Source: a virus
Virus record (IMG/VR): IMGVR_UViG_3300031413_000624
Reading direction: 5' to 3' (one strand)
Length of the DNA: 64,000 bases
The notes beneath the pieces are model-generated. The model saw only the letters and a program-made list of their open reading frames with translations, was not told the DNA's origin and searched no databases. The translations under genes and the position numbers were made by a program. This document shows, piece by piece, positions 37,490-47,605 of this stretch. Each line of letters opens with the position of its first letter. Within the stretch, counting starts at the first letter, position 1.

Positions 37490-38971
37490 TTAGGCAGTTG
37501 CAATGCGAGCACGAGTGATAACAGTCTGCTCATCGCCATTGAATGTGTCCAAGTCTTTGATAGTTGCACTGGATACAGTAAGCATGTCGCCGGCTTTGAA
37601 CTCTTTCTCTCCGCTTGCCCACCATTTAAGTTCTTTTCCTTCATCAGTGGTCATAATAAGGAGAGTCTTGTAGCTGTCTCCGACATTAGGGATGTATGTT
37701 GGGATGAGCTGAGCTCGCTTTACTGTTACTGGCACGTTTCTGAGCTTATCGCCAATTTGACCAACATAACCTTGGGCTCTTGGTCGACTTTCACGTTCCT
37801 GGCGAGCTTGCTGCTTTTTCGCAGCAGCAATAACGGAAACAACGTAGCCAACATGTTTGTAAGAAACATACTCTTGTGAGAGAAGCGTCTTCATGTTACG
37901 ACCGTAATCATTATCCGTGTCAAAATGAGTGGTCTCTATTACGGAAGTCGCCGCGGCCTCATGGTCTTCAAGGTTGATATCGTTGTAACGGTTGTTATTG
38001 TTGGATGAGAAGAAGAAACTTTTCACTTCGGAGGCAGTAGAGTCTTGGCCTGTTTCTCTTTCAAGCATACGGGAACGATACTTCTCACCATTGTCTGAAA
38101 TGGCCAGAGCTGCGGCTACAACGGATTTTGTTGGCAGCATGCTGTCCTGGCCACCCCAACGACGTTCACCGCGGTCTAAGTAATCGTCACCTTCTTCTGG
38201 GTCATAGTTGAGCGCCCACAAAGCTTTCGGACGAACTCCTGAAAATGACTCTAAGCAGTTAGAACCGACCTGCTTGTATTCACCTGTGTCTTTGTTGCGA
38301 AGCAGGTAAGTTGATGAACGTCTACGATTACTTCCACAGTGGTCACATTCAAAATGTTCAGGGGCATAACCGTTGAGTTCCTGACCAGGAACAACACGGG
38401 TGAGCATGGCTCCATCTTCTGTTTTGTCTACAGCAGCAACAAAATCCCATCCTCCAACATGAAGCTCGGGATAAGTAAGGCTCATACGAACCATGTTAAA
38501 ACGGTGACCTTCGTTGTCTTCTTCAACGAAGTGTTCAACTTCATAGTCGAACCGCTCTTCAACTCCTGCGCGGGTCAGTTTTCTGTTCGCAATATCAATA
38601 CGGTGAACTGCTTCATCTAGCCTGGAAGCAGGGAAAACTGAAACGCCTTCTACCTTCTCTTCCACTGAGGCACGTAAACGTTCGCCATCTTCTAACAGCT
38701 GCTGGTATTTCTCTTTCTCAGTCCAGTCGTTGGTCTCAGCAACTTTGTTAGTGAAGAACTCTTGACCACTGTCTGTGGCTGCGTACTCTACGGAGGCTTC
38801 TTTGAGTTTTTCTGATAGAGTGTAACGATCTTGGATGTCAGTGGTCTCTTCTAACTGGGAAGATAAAGCACGGAACTTCTCTTCAACGCGATCTAAGTAA
38901 GAAGCGTGTGTTGCACCATGGTAGCGGCAGGCAGCTTTATTGATTGCTCTGCATTCACGTGTAGTAGTCAT
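37490..38971 (-). CDS. hypothetical 493-aa protein with N-terminal CRAINKAACRYHG motif
   Basis: Cys-His motif family; internal C-x2-C (HFECDHCG). Confidence 0.5.
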   Translation of the reverse strand: MTTTRECRAINKAACRYHGATHASYLDRVEEKFRALSSQLEETTDIQDRYTLSEKLKEASVEYAATDSGQEFFTNKVAETNDWTEKEKYQQLLEDGERLRASVEEKVEGVSVFPASRLDEAVHRIDIANRKLTRAGVEERFDYEVEHFVEEDNEGHRFNMVRMSLTYPELHVGGWDFVAAVDKTEDGAMLTRVVPGQELNGYAPEHFECDHCGSNRRRSSTYLLRNKDTGEYKQVGSNCLESFSGVRPKALWALNYDPEEGDDYLDRGERRWGGQDSMLPTKSVVAAALAISDNGEKYRSRMLERETGQDSTASEVKSFFFSSNNNNRYNDINLEDHEAAATSVIETTHFDTDNDYGRNMKTLLSQEYVSYKHVGYVVSVIAAAKKQQARQERESRPRAQGYVGQIGDKLRNVPVTVKRAQLIPTYIPNVGDSYKTLLIMTTDEGKELKWWASGEKEFKAGDMLTVSSATIKDLDTFNGDEQTVITRARIATA

Positions 38972-39094
38972 GTTCTATTTCTAACCAGCGAATCTCACAA
39001 AAAACCTTGATTAAGGTGTTTCGGTACGATATTATAAAGGTTGCCGTTATACATTTGTTATAATTATTTCCAATTATCCCTACAGAAACAATTT

Positions 39095-39808
39095 ATGAGT
39101 ACCACTTTACTGTCACCTATTTTTGCCATTTCGACTATTATTTCCACTGCCACTGTTCCGATCAACACTGTTCCAGCCCAGCAAGAAGTACCGACTGTTG
39201 ATACCAGTGTTATTTACCAGACAACCGAAGAAGACGCTCAAACATACAACGTCGCTTCAAACGTTACAGAAGAAGACACCTCCCGTGATTCTTATACAGT
39301 GAAAGAAGCCCCTAAGCCTGTCACAGCTACTCCGACAGCCGTTTCTTCCAAAACTACTTCTATTCCTATTCAACACTCAGCGTTGACACAATCTACTGCT
39401 GCTCAGCAGACAACCACTGCCGCCTCAGCATCTGGTACTACAAAAGAACGCATTGTTCAGTTAGCCCTTCAATATAAGGGAGTTCCATATGTGTTTGGTG
39501 GAGAGAACCCATCAGGTTGGGACTGCTCTGGTTACGTCAAGTGGGTTACCGCTAATGTAACTGGTATCAACTTCTCCCATGGTGTTAGTGCAGAAGCTCA
39601 CTCTCAGTACACTCACGAGGTAACTCGTGCAGCTGCACAGCCAGGTGACTTTGTTGTCTTCTCTGGCACCGGTGGTTCTGAATACCACATTGGAATTTAC
39701 TTAGGTAATGGACGTATGGTACATGCATCCAAGCCTGGTGATTTCACCAAAGAATCCATCATTGACTGGCCTGGAAGCAGTGTGCGTTTCTACTCATTGA
39801 ACGGCTAA
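39095..39808 (+). CDS. NlpC/P60 family peptidoglycan endopeptidase with signal peptide
   Basis: GWDCSGYVKW ... YHIGIY catalytic Cys/His; TATAAT at 39059 argues for the start at 39095. Confidence 0.7.
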   Translation: MSTTLLSPIFAISTIISTATVPINTVPAQQEVPTVDTSVIYQTTEEDAQTYNVASNVTEEDTSRDSYTVKEAPKPVTATPTAVSSKTTSIPIQHSALTQSTAAQQTTTAASASGTTKERIVQLALQYKGVPYVFGGENPSGWDCSGYVKWVTANVTGINFSHGVSAEAHSQYTHEVTRAAAQPGDFVVFSGTGGSEYHIGIYLGNGRMVHASKPGDFTKESIIDWPGSSVRFYSLNG

Positions 39809-39828
39809 CAACTCGTTAGTAATAGTGT

Positions 39829-40731
39829 ATGAGTACACAAACAAATCGCTGCCGAGCAAAGCACCCAGAAACATGTTGGAAGCACGGAACCGGGTTAGGC
39901 TTTGATGCCAACCGTGAAATCCGTCTTGTTATGAAACAAGATCAAGCTTTACACAGCAAGCATGACATCTTCATGAAAGCCATGAAAACATATGACAGTA
40001 CCCATCTGGCATCTGTTCTCATGGCTTTTGCTGAAAACTCCTCCACCGTCAATACCGAACGTTTCAAGAAAGCATTGCTTCTTGCTACTGATCTTCACAA
40101 GACTGACACTCGAGCTAACCGTGCGCATCATGACCGCACACCATACATCGAACACCCTCTTCGTAACACTCTTCGTATCGTACGATACGGCTGTAAAGAA
40201 GAAAGTGTCCTTGTTGGATCACTCCTCCATGACACCGTAGAGGACCATCCTTGGGAAATTGCACGTAACTACGCAAAAGAAGAACCACGTGATGAACACC
40301 ATGCTCGTGAAATTGCTTACGACTACATTCGTAAAACATACGGTAAACGAGCTGCAAAAATTGTTGAAGGCATGTCTAACCCAATTATTGAGAACAAGTA
40401 TATGCCAGCTGGTGAAAAGAACGTCATCTACCGTGACCATGTTCTTGAAGCAATTGAAGACCCAGATGTCGCTATCCCAAAGATTTCTGACTTCACTGAC
40501 AACGCTCTTTCCTTACACCACACCGAAGCTGGCATGTCAGCTACATCATTGTACAAGAAATCCACTAAGTATTTGATGGTTATTGACGGCATGATTTCAC
40601 GAGTCAAGCGAGGATATGTAACAAAAGACCTTCCTATCTCAGAAGAAGGTTATAAGAACATTCTCTTCCAGCTTGAAGAAGGCAAGCTACGTTTGCTGTT
40701 CCTTAATAGAAAATATACTCCTGTCAAATGA
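39829..40731 (+). CDS. RelA/SpoT-type HD hydrolase (small alarmone hydrolase-like) with N-terminal Cys-His motif
   Basis: TPYIEHPLRNTLRI and LLHDTVEDH match the SpoT/Mesh1 HD core; N-terminal CRAKHPETCWKHG. Confidence 0.7.
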   Translation: MSTQTNRCRAKHPETCWKHGTGLGFDANREIRLVMKQDQALHSKHDIFMKAMKTYDSTHLASVLMAFAENSSTVNTERFKKALLLATDLHKTDTRANRAHHDRTPYIEHPLRNTLRIVRYGCKEESVLVGSLLHDTVEDHPWEIARNYAKEEPRDEHHAREIAYDYIRKTYGKRAAKIVEGMSNPIIENKYMPAGEKNVIYRDHVLEAIEDPDVAIPKISDFTDNALSLHHTEAGMSATSLYKKSTKYLMVIDGMISRVKRGYVTKDLPISEEGYKNILFQLEEGKLRLLFLNRKYTPVK

Positions 40732-40961
40732 TGAGTATACTCCTTCATACAGATGGGCACGGTTCGTTCTGGCAAGAGTTTATCTCAATTGCTACGGACC
40801 CTGCCCATCTGTTATTCGAGCTGATCTTCTCAGTATTATTTGATGTAGTATTAGTCTCAGTCATTTGGGGTGTCATCATCAAGAAAATCATTATCCCCAA
40901 ATTAAAACGCGATGTTCATCGTGAAATTGATGCTGAACATGGGTTGAAGCCTCACGATTGA
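40728..40961 (+). CDS. small membrane protein
   Basis: ORF with one TM helix. Confidence 0.35.
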   Translation: MMSILLHTDGHGSFWQEFISIATDPAHLLFELIFSVLFDVVLVSVIWGVIIKKIIIPKLKRDVHREIDAEHGLKPHD

Positions 40962-42400
40962 TGAGCAGCTTTACTTCGTATAATTCCCCAGATGAATAAA
41001 CCTGTGGCAGTAACAGTGAGCAACAATCCAGTTACTGTAATAGCGGAATGGAATTGCAAATGGATGAGGGTACTTTCCATGGCTTTTCCAGTGAATACGT
41101 TAGCTGGGATGAAAGCAGATAAGATAGCTCCGGCTACTGTAATGCTTACAGCTGCACATATCTGTGAAATGGTATCAACCAGCGCCGAGCCTGTTGATGT
41201 GTGAGTATGGGGCAGTCCTCGGAAAACACTCATACCAGCAACTAAACCATTCACACGCACTCCTGCTGCGATGAGGATAAGGGATACCGCGATCCAGCCA
41301 TAGCTGATAGGGCTACCGAACGTGTAAACCAGCATGCCTACGATAATGGATAGCCCACTGTATAAAGAAGCTTTTTGATTACCGAAACGTTCTACTATTT
41401 TGTTGACCAGTGGACCAACAGCCAGCAACGTAATCACTTGTGGGAGTAGCCCTAATGCAGCGAGTACTGGACTCCAATGATAATCCAGTTGCAGTTGTAA
41501 CATCACAACATAGCCCAGTCCAGCTGTAATGATGCTGGTGCTTGCTTTGTACAGCAATCCACTAGAAACTAATGGTAGTCTCAAAAGACTAAATGGGATT
41601 AGAGGGTTTTGAGATTTTTTCTCTTGCTTTACGAAAAAGGCTCCAAATAACACTGCGCTTGCTGTGAGACTCCAGAATTCCCATGAGATAGCACCATACT
41701 GTGCAGCAGCGTCAAGGAGTAGCAAAACTGATACGATTGCTAATGTGCCAAAGGTACCTCCAGCTACATCTAAGGGCTTCCGAATACTTTTTTGATTTCG
41801 CCATTCAGGAAGGCTGAGATATAAACTGAGGAATGCTACAGCTGCAATAGGAATGTTGACCAGTATCAGAAACTCCCATGATGCAACTGCTAACACAGCC
41901 CCGCCAATAGTTGGTCCGATGCTCAGTCCGACCAACCCGACTGTTGAGATGAAAGTCATCGCCCGCATTTGCAGCGATTCACTATTGAACAGCTTGAAGG
42001 TTAGCGACAAAGTAAGAGGAGTTGTCATTGCTGCGGCTAAGCCCATCAGCGCCCTCACCGCTATCAGTTCATAGATGTTCGTGACATCTAAGACTAATAA
42101 GCTTGACACTCCGAGAAGTGCTAACCCACTCAGCATGAGCTTTTTGGGGCTGAATTGGTCAGCGATAGACCCGAATAACAGCATAAGACTTCCGAAGATG
42201 ACAGAGTAGGCACTAGTAGCGAGACTTAATGAGGAGGTAGAAGCATTGAGAGTTTTCCCAATAGTCGGTAACGCTACTGTCAATACTGAATTATCAAGCA
42301 TTTCAAACAGGAACACGATGGATAACCCTGTAAGAGCAAGCCAGTTCTGTTTGAGAGATTGGGGTTGTTCCACAATAAAATGTTTTTGGAGACGGTTCAT
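40952..42400 (-). CDS. MFS transporter, 14-TM DHA2-type
   Basis: MFS motif LDNSVLTVALPTI; 482 aa, about 14 TM helices. Confidence 0.8.
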   Translation of the reverse strand: MNRLQKHFIVEQPQSLKQNWLALTGLSIVFLFEMLDNSVLTVALPTIGKTLNASTSSLSLATSAYSVIFGSLMLLFGSIADQFSPKKLMLSGLALLGVSSLLVLDVTNIYELIAVRALMGLAAAMTTPLTLSLTFKLFNSESLQMRAMTFISTVGLVGLSIGPTIGGAVLAVASWEFLILVNIPIAAVAFLSLYLSLPEWRNQKSIRKPLDVAGGTFGTLAIVSVLLLLDAAAQYGAISWEFWSLTASAVLFGAFFVKQEKKSQNPLIPFSLLRLPLVSSGLLYKASTSIITAGLGYVVMLQLQLDYHWSPVLAALGLLPQVITLLAVGPLVNKIVERFGNQKASLYSGLSIIVGMLVYTFGSPISYGWIAVSLILIAAGVRVNGLVAGMSVFRGLPHTHTSTGSALVDTISQICAAVSITVAGAILSAFIPANVFTGKAMESTLIHLQFHSAITVTGLLLTVTATGLFIWGIIRSKAAHQS

Positions 42401-42529
42401 TAGTATGCACCTTAGAAATTTTGTAAGGTGACAGAAATACTTTGACCGTGTACGTGGATGTGCTTTTTCTTCACATCTTTTTACCTTGTAGTTATTATTC
42501 TAACATGAATAGTGAAGAGAAATGTAATA

Positions 42530-42551
42530 CGCGTGAAAAACGCGTGAAAAA
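42530..42551. repeat. tandem 11-bp direct repeat cgcgtgaaaaa x2
   Basis: Seen in the divergent promoter region between the MFS gene and 42619. Confidence 0.5.
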
Positions 42552-42618
42552 CACAACCTTTGGTTTATATTTTTACCGATAATATTAGCACTTTTAGCAG
42601 TGTCGTAAGGGGAAGCGT

Positions 42619-44025
42619 ATGATTGCTAAGCTTATTAAATCGTCACGAGGTGCTATTGACCTGGCCTCTATACTCGTAGCGGTCATTATTGTTGGCCTTA
42701 TTTCTGGTGTTGTTTCTGTTAGCGTCTTTGCTGTCATTCCATGGACTCATGATAACGCCGCTAAGACTCATCTTGGCTCTATCGCTGTAGCGCAAGCTTC
42801 TTACAAAGGAGCCTATGAAAAATACGGGGACTATAAAGAATTAGTCAAAGAAGAGCTTCTTCCTGTACGAGAAAAAACTTGCTCAGTTACTTCAAACCAA
42901 GGTAGAACCTATACCTCAGCCACACAATCACCTACAGGTAAAGTCTTCATCAATACGAATACTGTTTCTCAGCCATGGCAAGCAGCGGTCGGTGAAACTA
43001 CCTGTTTAGGGACAGTGAAAGAAAACAACGAATTAGAGCCACTGCCACCAGCTACTGAACCAACTCCTACGGTTCCAACGGTAACTCCGAAACCAGGTAC
43101 GGAAAGCAGTTTTACACTGCGTTGCGATAAAACAACTTCAATGCTTTTACCAACAGCATCAGTAAATGCATCAGCGCAATGGAGTGATGGTGTGGAACAG
43201 TCCGCGACAACGGGTTCGTTCAATCAACGAACACTTGCCGCAGGCGTGACCTATAAAGTTACGATTACTGGGACGTTTGGGGTGCTGAGTATGCTTCCCC
43301 TGAATATTGACCAAAAGAATTGTGTTCGGTCGATGGATTTATGGGGTTCTGCCAGTGCTACTGTTGTAGCTGATTATGCTTTTGCCGGGGCTAATAATTT
43401 GACTTCTATCCCTCAGAACATTCCAGCAACAGTCACCTCAGTAGCGGGTATGTTCCAATCTAATAAGACATTCAATCAGGATTTGAGTACATGGGATACT
43501 GCAAACATCAAAAATATGAGCAATATGTTCAATGACTCAATATACACGAAGTCATTGAATAGTTGGAACGTTTCTAATGCTACAAATCTCAGTTTTATGT
43601 TTGCAAGTTCCTCCTACAACCAACCATTAGATAATTGGAAAACGGCTAATGTTCTTAGCATGGAGGGGATGTTCCAGAACAATCTTGTGTTCAATCAAAA
43701 TATTTCCAGCTGGAATACCACAAATTTGACTTCCACTGCATCTATGTTTGCAGGAGCTAAACTGTTCAATCAGCCATTGAACACTTGGACCGTGAATAAT
43801 GTTGTCAATATGAATAGCATGTTCAAAAATGCTACAAGCTTCAATCAGCCATTGAACAACTGGAATACATCTAAGGTGACAAACGTCAGTGGTATGTTCT
43901 TGAATGCCTCATCATTTAGTCAAAATCTTAGTGGATGGAAACTCCCTAATATTCTTGTATTCCTTGATTTTGCTCTGGGAAGTAAACTCAACATACTTCA
44001 ATTACCAAAACTGCCAATCTTATAG
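42619..44025 (+). CDS. surface protein with pilin-like N-terminal anchor and six tandem DUF285/BspA-like 26-aa repeats
   Basis: N-terminal hydrophobic helix; FNQ-L-W-T-N-MF repeats x6. Confidence 0.55.
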   Translation: MIAKLIKSSRGAIDLASILVAVIIVGLISGVVSVSVFAVIPWTHDNAAKTHLGSIAVAQASYKGAYEKYGDYKELVKEELLPVREKTCSVTSNQGRTYTSATQSPTGKVFINTNTVSQPWQAAVGETTCLGTVKENNELEPLPPATEPTPTVPTVTPKPGTESSFTLRCDKTTSMLLPTASVNASAQWSDGVEQSATTGSFNQRTLAAGVTYKVTITGTFGVLSMLPLNIDQKNCVRSMDLWGSASATVVADYAFAGANNLTSIPQNIPATVTSVAGMFQSNKTFNQDLSTWDTANIKNMSNMFNDSIYTKSLNSWNVSNATNLSFMFASSSYNQPLDNWKTANVLSMEGMFQNNLVFNQNISSWNTTNLTSTASMFAGAKLFNQPLNTWTVNNVVNMNSMFKNATSFNQPLNNWNTSKVTNVSGMFLNASSFSQNLSGWKLPNILVFLDFALGSKLNILQLPKLPIL

Positions 44026-44035
44026 AAATTTAATT

Positions 44036-44062
44036 CTCTGCCCCCAGTAGGAGGGGGCAGAG
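44036..44062. terminator. GC hairpin
   Basis: ctctgccccc / gggggcagag. Confidence 0.5.
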
Positions 44063-44146
44063 TGTCATTATCTTATGTCGTGCCCGATACTCCAAATATG
44101 TGAGCTTCCCTCTATTTTCACTTATCCTTGAAAGGACCCGAGCACC

Positions 44147-45268
44147 ATGGATAGTGTACCATCCCCAGTTAAAACAATTTCATTAGTATTTCAAAGTTCC
44201 CGCGCTGCCATAGACTTAGCCTCCATCATGGTTGGTGTCATCATCATTGGCCTTATTGGTAGTGTCATTGGCGCAACGGTTTTTGCAGTCATTCCCTGGG
44301 CGCAGGACAATGCAGCCCGAGCCTCCCTTTCCCAAGTCCGAACAGCAGAAGATGCTCAAAGAGGACTCAAAGAAAAATATGCTGGGCATGAAGCACTCAG
44401 CGATAATGGATTTTTACAAAGCCAACCAGGTCTAGCTGTTCGCACTAACGACGCTGGTACCTGCTATGTTGGCGTTATTGTTTCAGCAACAGGAAACATG
44501 TTCTGGACTTCGGACAAAACAGGCATAGCTGCTTATAAGAGCACAGCGCTACCAACCAGTCCTTGCTTAGATGTCACAGGACCAGGTAACTTAGCTGCTG
44601 TAACTTCACCTACTACTGGTGGGACAGCTGCTTCTATTGCTTCGAAAGTTACAGAAGACGGTGCTGGAAGTTATGAAACAAACGGTTCAGGCGGTTCTTC
44701 AACCTCATTATCTGGTCGTGCATGGTATGCCTACTATCGTGGCTCTTTCAACGAAAAGCAAAATGCTTCTCTTCCCTTACTCAAACAGCTTACTGGAGAA
44801 CAAGTAACACCAACAACATCAGCTCAGCATACAAACTTGTGGCTCAACGTCTACCACGTTCATGCTTATGCTGATGGCAAAGAACTGAAAGTATCCGGAG
44901 ATAATGATGCAGTAGACCATCCATACACAGGGTTTGACATCAATATTTCTTACGATAAAATCAATAACACCATTTTGTATTACTTCCATAACAACGCAGG
45001 GACTTCTGTGATTGGTGATAATAGCGATGCAACTATGACCAGGTTATGGAAAAATGGCTATGTTACATTTGAAGTGCCAGGATACACAGGAACAAACGTA
45101 TTGCATTTCAATGCTCAAAACCCTCGTTCATCTGACCCAAGTAACACTAACCGTCTTTCCGATTGGACAGGAACACTTAAGTGCGGTGAGGGATACGGTA
45201 ATGATAATAACTGTGCAAGTTTGAGCAGTTACGGATACAACTGGCAGAGCATTATTCCTAAATCCTAA
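44147..45268 (+). CDS. secreted/anchored protein, paralogous N-terminus to the 42619 product
   Basis: AIDLASIMVGVIIIGLIGSV... about 60% identical to the N-terminus of the upstream gene. Confidence 0.5.
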   Translation: MDSVPSPVKTISLVFQSSRAAIDLASIMVGVIIIGLIGSVIGATVFAVIPWAQDNAARASLSQVRTAEDAQRGLKEKYAGHEALSDNGFLQSQPGLAVRTNDAGTCYVGVIVSATGNMFWTSDKTGIAAYKSTALPTSPCLDVTGPGNLAAVTSPTTGGTAASIASKVTEDGAGSYETNGSGGSSTSLSGRAWYAYYRGSFNEKQNASLPLLKQLTGEQVTPTTSAQHTNLWLNVYHVHAYADGKELKVSGDNDAVDHPYTGFDINISYDKINNTILYYFHNNAGTSVIGDNSDATMTRLWKNGYVTFEVPGYTGTNVLHFNAQNPRSSDPSNTNRLSDWTGTLKCGEGYGNDNNCASLSSYGYNWQSIIPKS

Positions 45269-45274
45269 GCATCT

Positions 45275-45335
45275 CAGCATGTCTTCACTATACTTGACAA
45301 CTCCAATAACTCTGTGGTATAGTGAAGACATGCTG
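45275..45335. promoter_or_regulatory. 18-bp perfect inverted repeat enclosing a TTGACA-N18-TATAGT promoter
   Basis: cagcatgtcttcactata ... tatagtgaagacatgctg; -35 at 45294-45299, -10 at 45318-45323. Confidence 0.55.
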
Positions 45336-45457
45336 AATGTTTGACATATTTCTTGATTAGATAACCTCTCCATATAAGAGATGGTTCACTCGCAAACCCT
45401 GCGTTGAGGTACCCTCCGCAGTGATTGAGCTGTCTCGATTAAGAAAAGAAGTATGTT

Positions 45458-46066
45458 TTGGAACAGTACCCTTCAATTGATAAGATTATTCGCAATACTC
45501 ACATCTATGCTTACGATAAGTTAGATGGCTCCAACATTCGTGCTGAGTGGACTCGTAAGACTGGGTTCACAAAATTCGGTTCCCGCCGTCAGCTCATTGA
45601 CGAAAGTCACAGTTTGCTGGGTGAAGCTATCCCGTTGTTTAACGACAAATATGCAGATGCCTTAGATGAAATTTTCAGAAAGCAGAAATATCAGAAAGCA
45701 ACAGCATTCTTTGAGTTCTATGGGGAGAACAGCTTCGCAGGATTCCATGAAGATGAGCCTCACGATGTGACACTTTTCGATGTACATATTTATAAGCAAG
45801 GTCTGATGTCACCTCAGGAGTTTAACAAGGTCTTTAAACACGTTGATACCGCGCCCTTGCTTTTTCAAGGGAAGCCAACTGCTGAGTTTGTTGAGTCTGT
45901 GCAGGCAGGCACCTTAGAAGGCATGACCTTTGAGGGTGTTGTCTGCAAAGCAGGTTATGATAATCGGAACAAGTTAGCTTCATTCAAAATCAAGAATAAA
46001 GCTTGGTTAACTCGCTTGAAAGATAAGTGTGGGAATGATGAGAAAATGTTCACCGCGTTAGCATAA
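45458..46066 (+). CDS. small KxDG nucleotidyltransferase (RNA/DNA ligase-like)
   Basis: YDKLDGSNIRAEW motif I; 202 aa. Confidence 0.5.
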   Translation: MEQYPSIDKIIRNTHIYAYDKLDGSNIRAEWTRKTGFTKFGSRRQLIDESHSLLGEAIPLFNDKYADALDEIFRKQKYQKATAFFEFYGENSFAGFHEDEPHDVTLFDVHIYKQGLMSPQEFNKVFKHVDTAPLLFQGKPTAEFVESVQAGTLEGMTFEGVVCKAGYDNRNKLASFKIKNKAWLTRLKDKCGNDEKMFTALA

Positions 46067-46082
46067 AGTTGCTGTGTGAAAA

Positions 46083-46120
46083 GAACCCCTTAGCCAGAGC
46101 TAAGGGGTTCTTTTCTTCTT
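46083..46120 (+). terminator. intrinsic terminator with T-tract
   Basis: gaacccctta...taaggggttc followed by ttttcttctttt. Confidence 0.7.
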
Positions 46121-46165
46121 TTACTACTGATAGTATATAGATGGGACATAGAAGAAGGAAACCCA

Positions 46166-47605
46166 ATGTGTAGAAATAAAGAAGAAGGCGGTCGCCGCTG
46201 TACCGATCACAATGCATTCGGACAGCAGATCAGAAACCTTCAAGCGAAAAAGCAGTATCATGCAAAATATGGTCACACTGACAAAGTAACTTCGGTTGTT
46301 GAAGAAATGGATGCTCTTCGTGACAAGAAGCAGCATCTCTTAGAAGATGGAGGAACTGTTCTTCCATACACGATGCCATTGACCCCGAATGCGGAAAGAG
46401 TCCTCAACCAGCTCCGTGAAGACGGGTATGAGCCTTATGTTGTTGGAGGAAGTGTTCGTGACGCTCTTCTCGGATTAGACTCAAAGGATGTTGACATTGA
46501 AGTCTATAAAGCTACACCAGAAGAAGTCATTGCTTCCCTTCGTAAAATTGGTCAAGTGGATGAAGTGGGTAAATCATTTGGTGTCTTGAAAATCCAAATT
46601 GGGGGAGAAGACTTTGATGTCTCTCTTCCTCGTAAAGACTCTAAAATTGGTGACGGACACAGAGGGTTCACTGTTGAAGTAACTCCTGAACTCTCACTCC
46701 ATGAAGCAACTGCTCGTCGTGATTTCACCATCAATGCTCTCATGTATGACAACGAAATGGGATTCATCGTTGACAAGCACGGTGGTTTGAAAGATTTGGA
46801 GAAAGGTCATCTCCGTCATGTTTCAGAAGCTTTTGATGAGGACCCACTCCGTGTTCTTCGTGGAGTACAGATGGCTTCACGTTTTGATATGGAACTCCAC
46901 CCAGACACAGTAGTCAAAGCTCAAACACTGAAAGACCAGTTCGGTGATTTGGCTCGAGAGCGAGTCCAAACTGAATTCCAGAAGCTGTACCAGAAAGGTA
47001 AAGCTCCTCACAAAGCGTTCAAGCTTTTGCAGGATACAGGTTGGGACGCAAACTTCTCTGGTGTTGCAGAAGTGAATGGAAAATCTCTGCGTCGTAATCT
47101 GCAAAGAACTCAGGAGTTGACTGACCAAGGAGTCATCCCTAAGGAGAAAGGTGCATACATCCTTTCAGCGAACATTGCATCTCATCTGAATGATAAAGAT
47201 GCAAGAAACTTCTTGACATACACTACTGTTGGTGATGATTTGAAGAACAAGTCATACAACCTTTCTCGTGTTGAGCTACCAGTGAAGCAAGGAAAAGCTT
47301 CTTTGCGAGCATGGGCAAAAGGCATGCCTCGCCACGTCACCATTCAAGACTGGGTTTTACTCAGTAAAGCCAAAGGTGACAAGGAAGTAGCAGAGCGTAT
47401 TGAACGCAAAGCAGAAAAACTTGGCATTTTGCACAGCCCTGAATCTGACATGGTATCAGGAGATGATGTACTTGCTGCTTTCCCTGAACGTAAACCAGGT
47501 CGTTGGATGAAAGAAGCCTTAGATGCAACTCGTAACGCTCAGTACTCTGATGTGTTCCGTGACCGCGAAAAAGGTATTGCCTGGGTCAAAGCAAACATTA
47601 GCTGA
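46166..47605 (+). CDS. cca: CCA-adding tRNA nucleotidyltransferase with N-terminal Cys-His motif
   Basis: GGSVRDALLGLDSKDVDIEV polymerase-beta motif; RRDFTINAL; N-terminal MCRNKEEGGRRCTDH. Confidence 0.8.
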   Translation: MCRNKEEGGRRCTDHNAFGQQIRNLQAKKQYHAKYGHTDKVTSVVEEMDALRDKKQHLLEDGGTVLPYTMPLTPNAERVLNQLREDGYEPYVVGGSVRDALLGLDSKDVDIEVYKATPEEVIASLRKIGQVDEVGKSFGVLKIQIGGEDFDVSLPRKDSKIGDGHRGFTVEVTPELSLHEATARRDFTINALMYDNEMGFIVDKHGGLKDLEKGHLRHVSEAFDEDPLRVLRGVQMASRFDMELHPDTVVKAQTLKDQFGDLARERVQTEFQKLYQKGKAPHKAFKLLQDTGWDANFSGVAEVNGKSLRRNLQRTQELTDQGVIPKEKGAYILSANIASHLNDKDARNFLTYTTVGDDLKNKSYNLSRVELPVKQGKASLRAWAKGMPRHVTIQDWVLLSKAKGDKEVAERIERKAEKLGILHSPESDMVSGDDVLAAFPERKPGRWMKEALDATRNAQYSDVFRDREKGIAWVKANIS

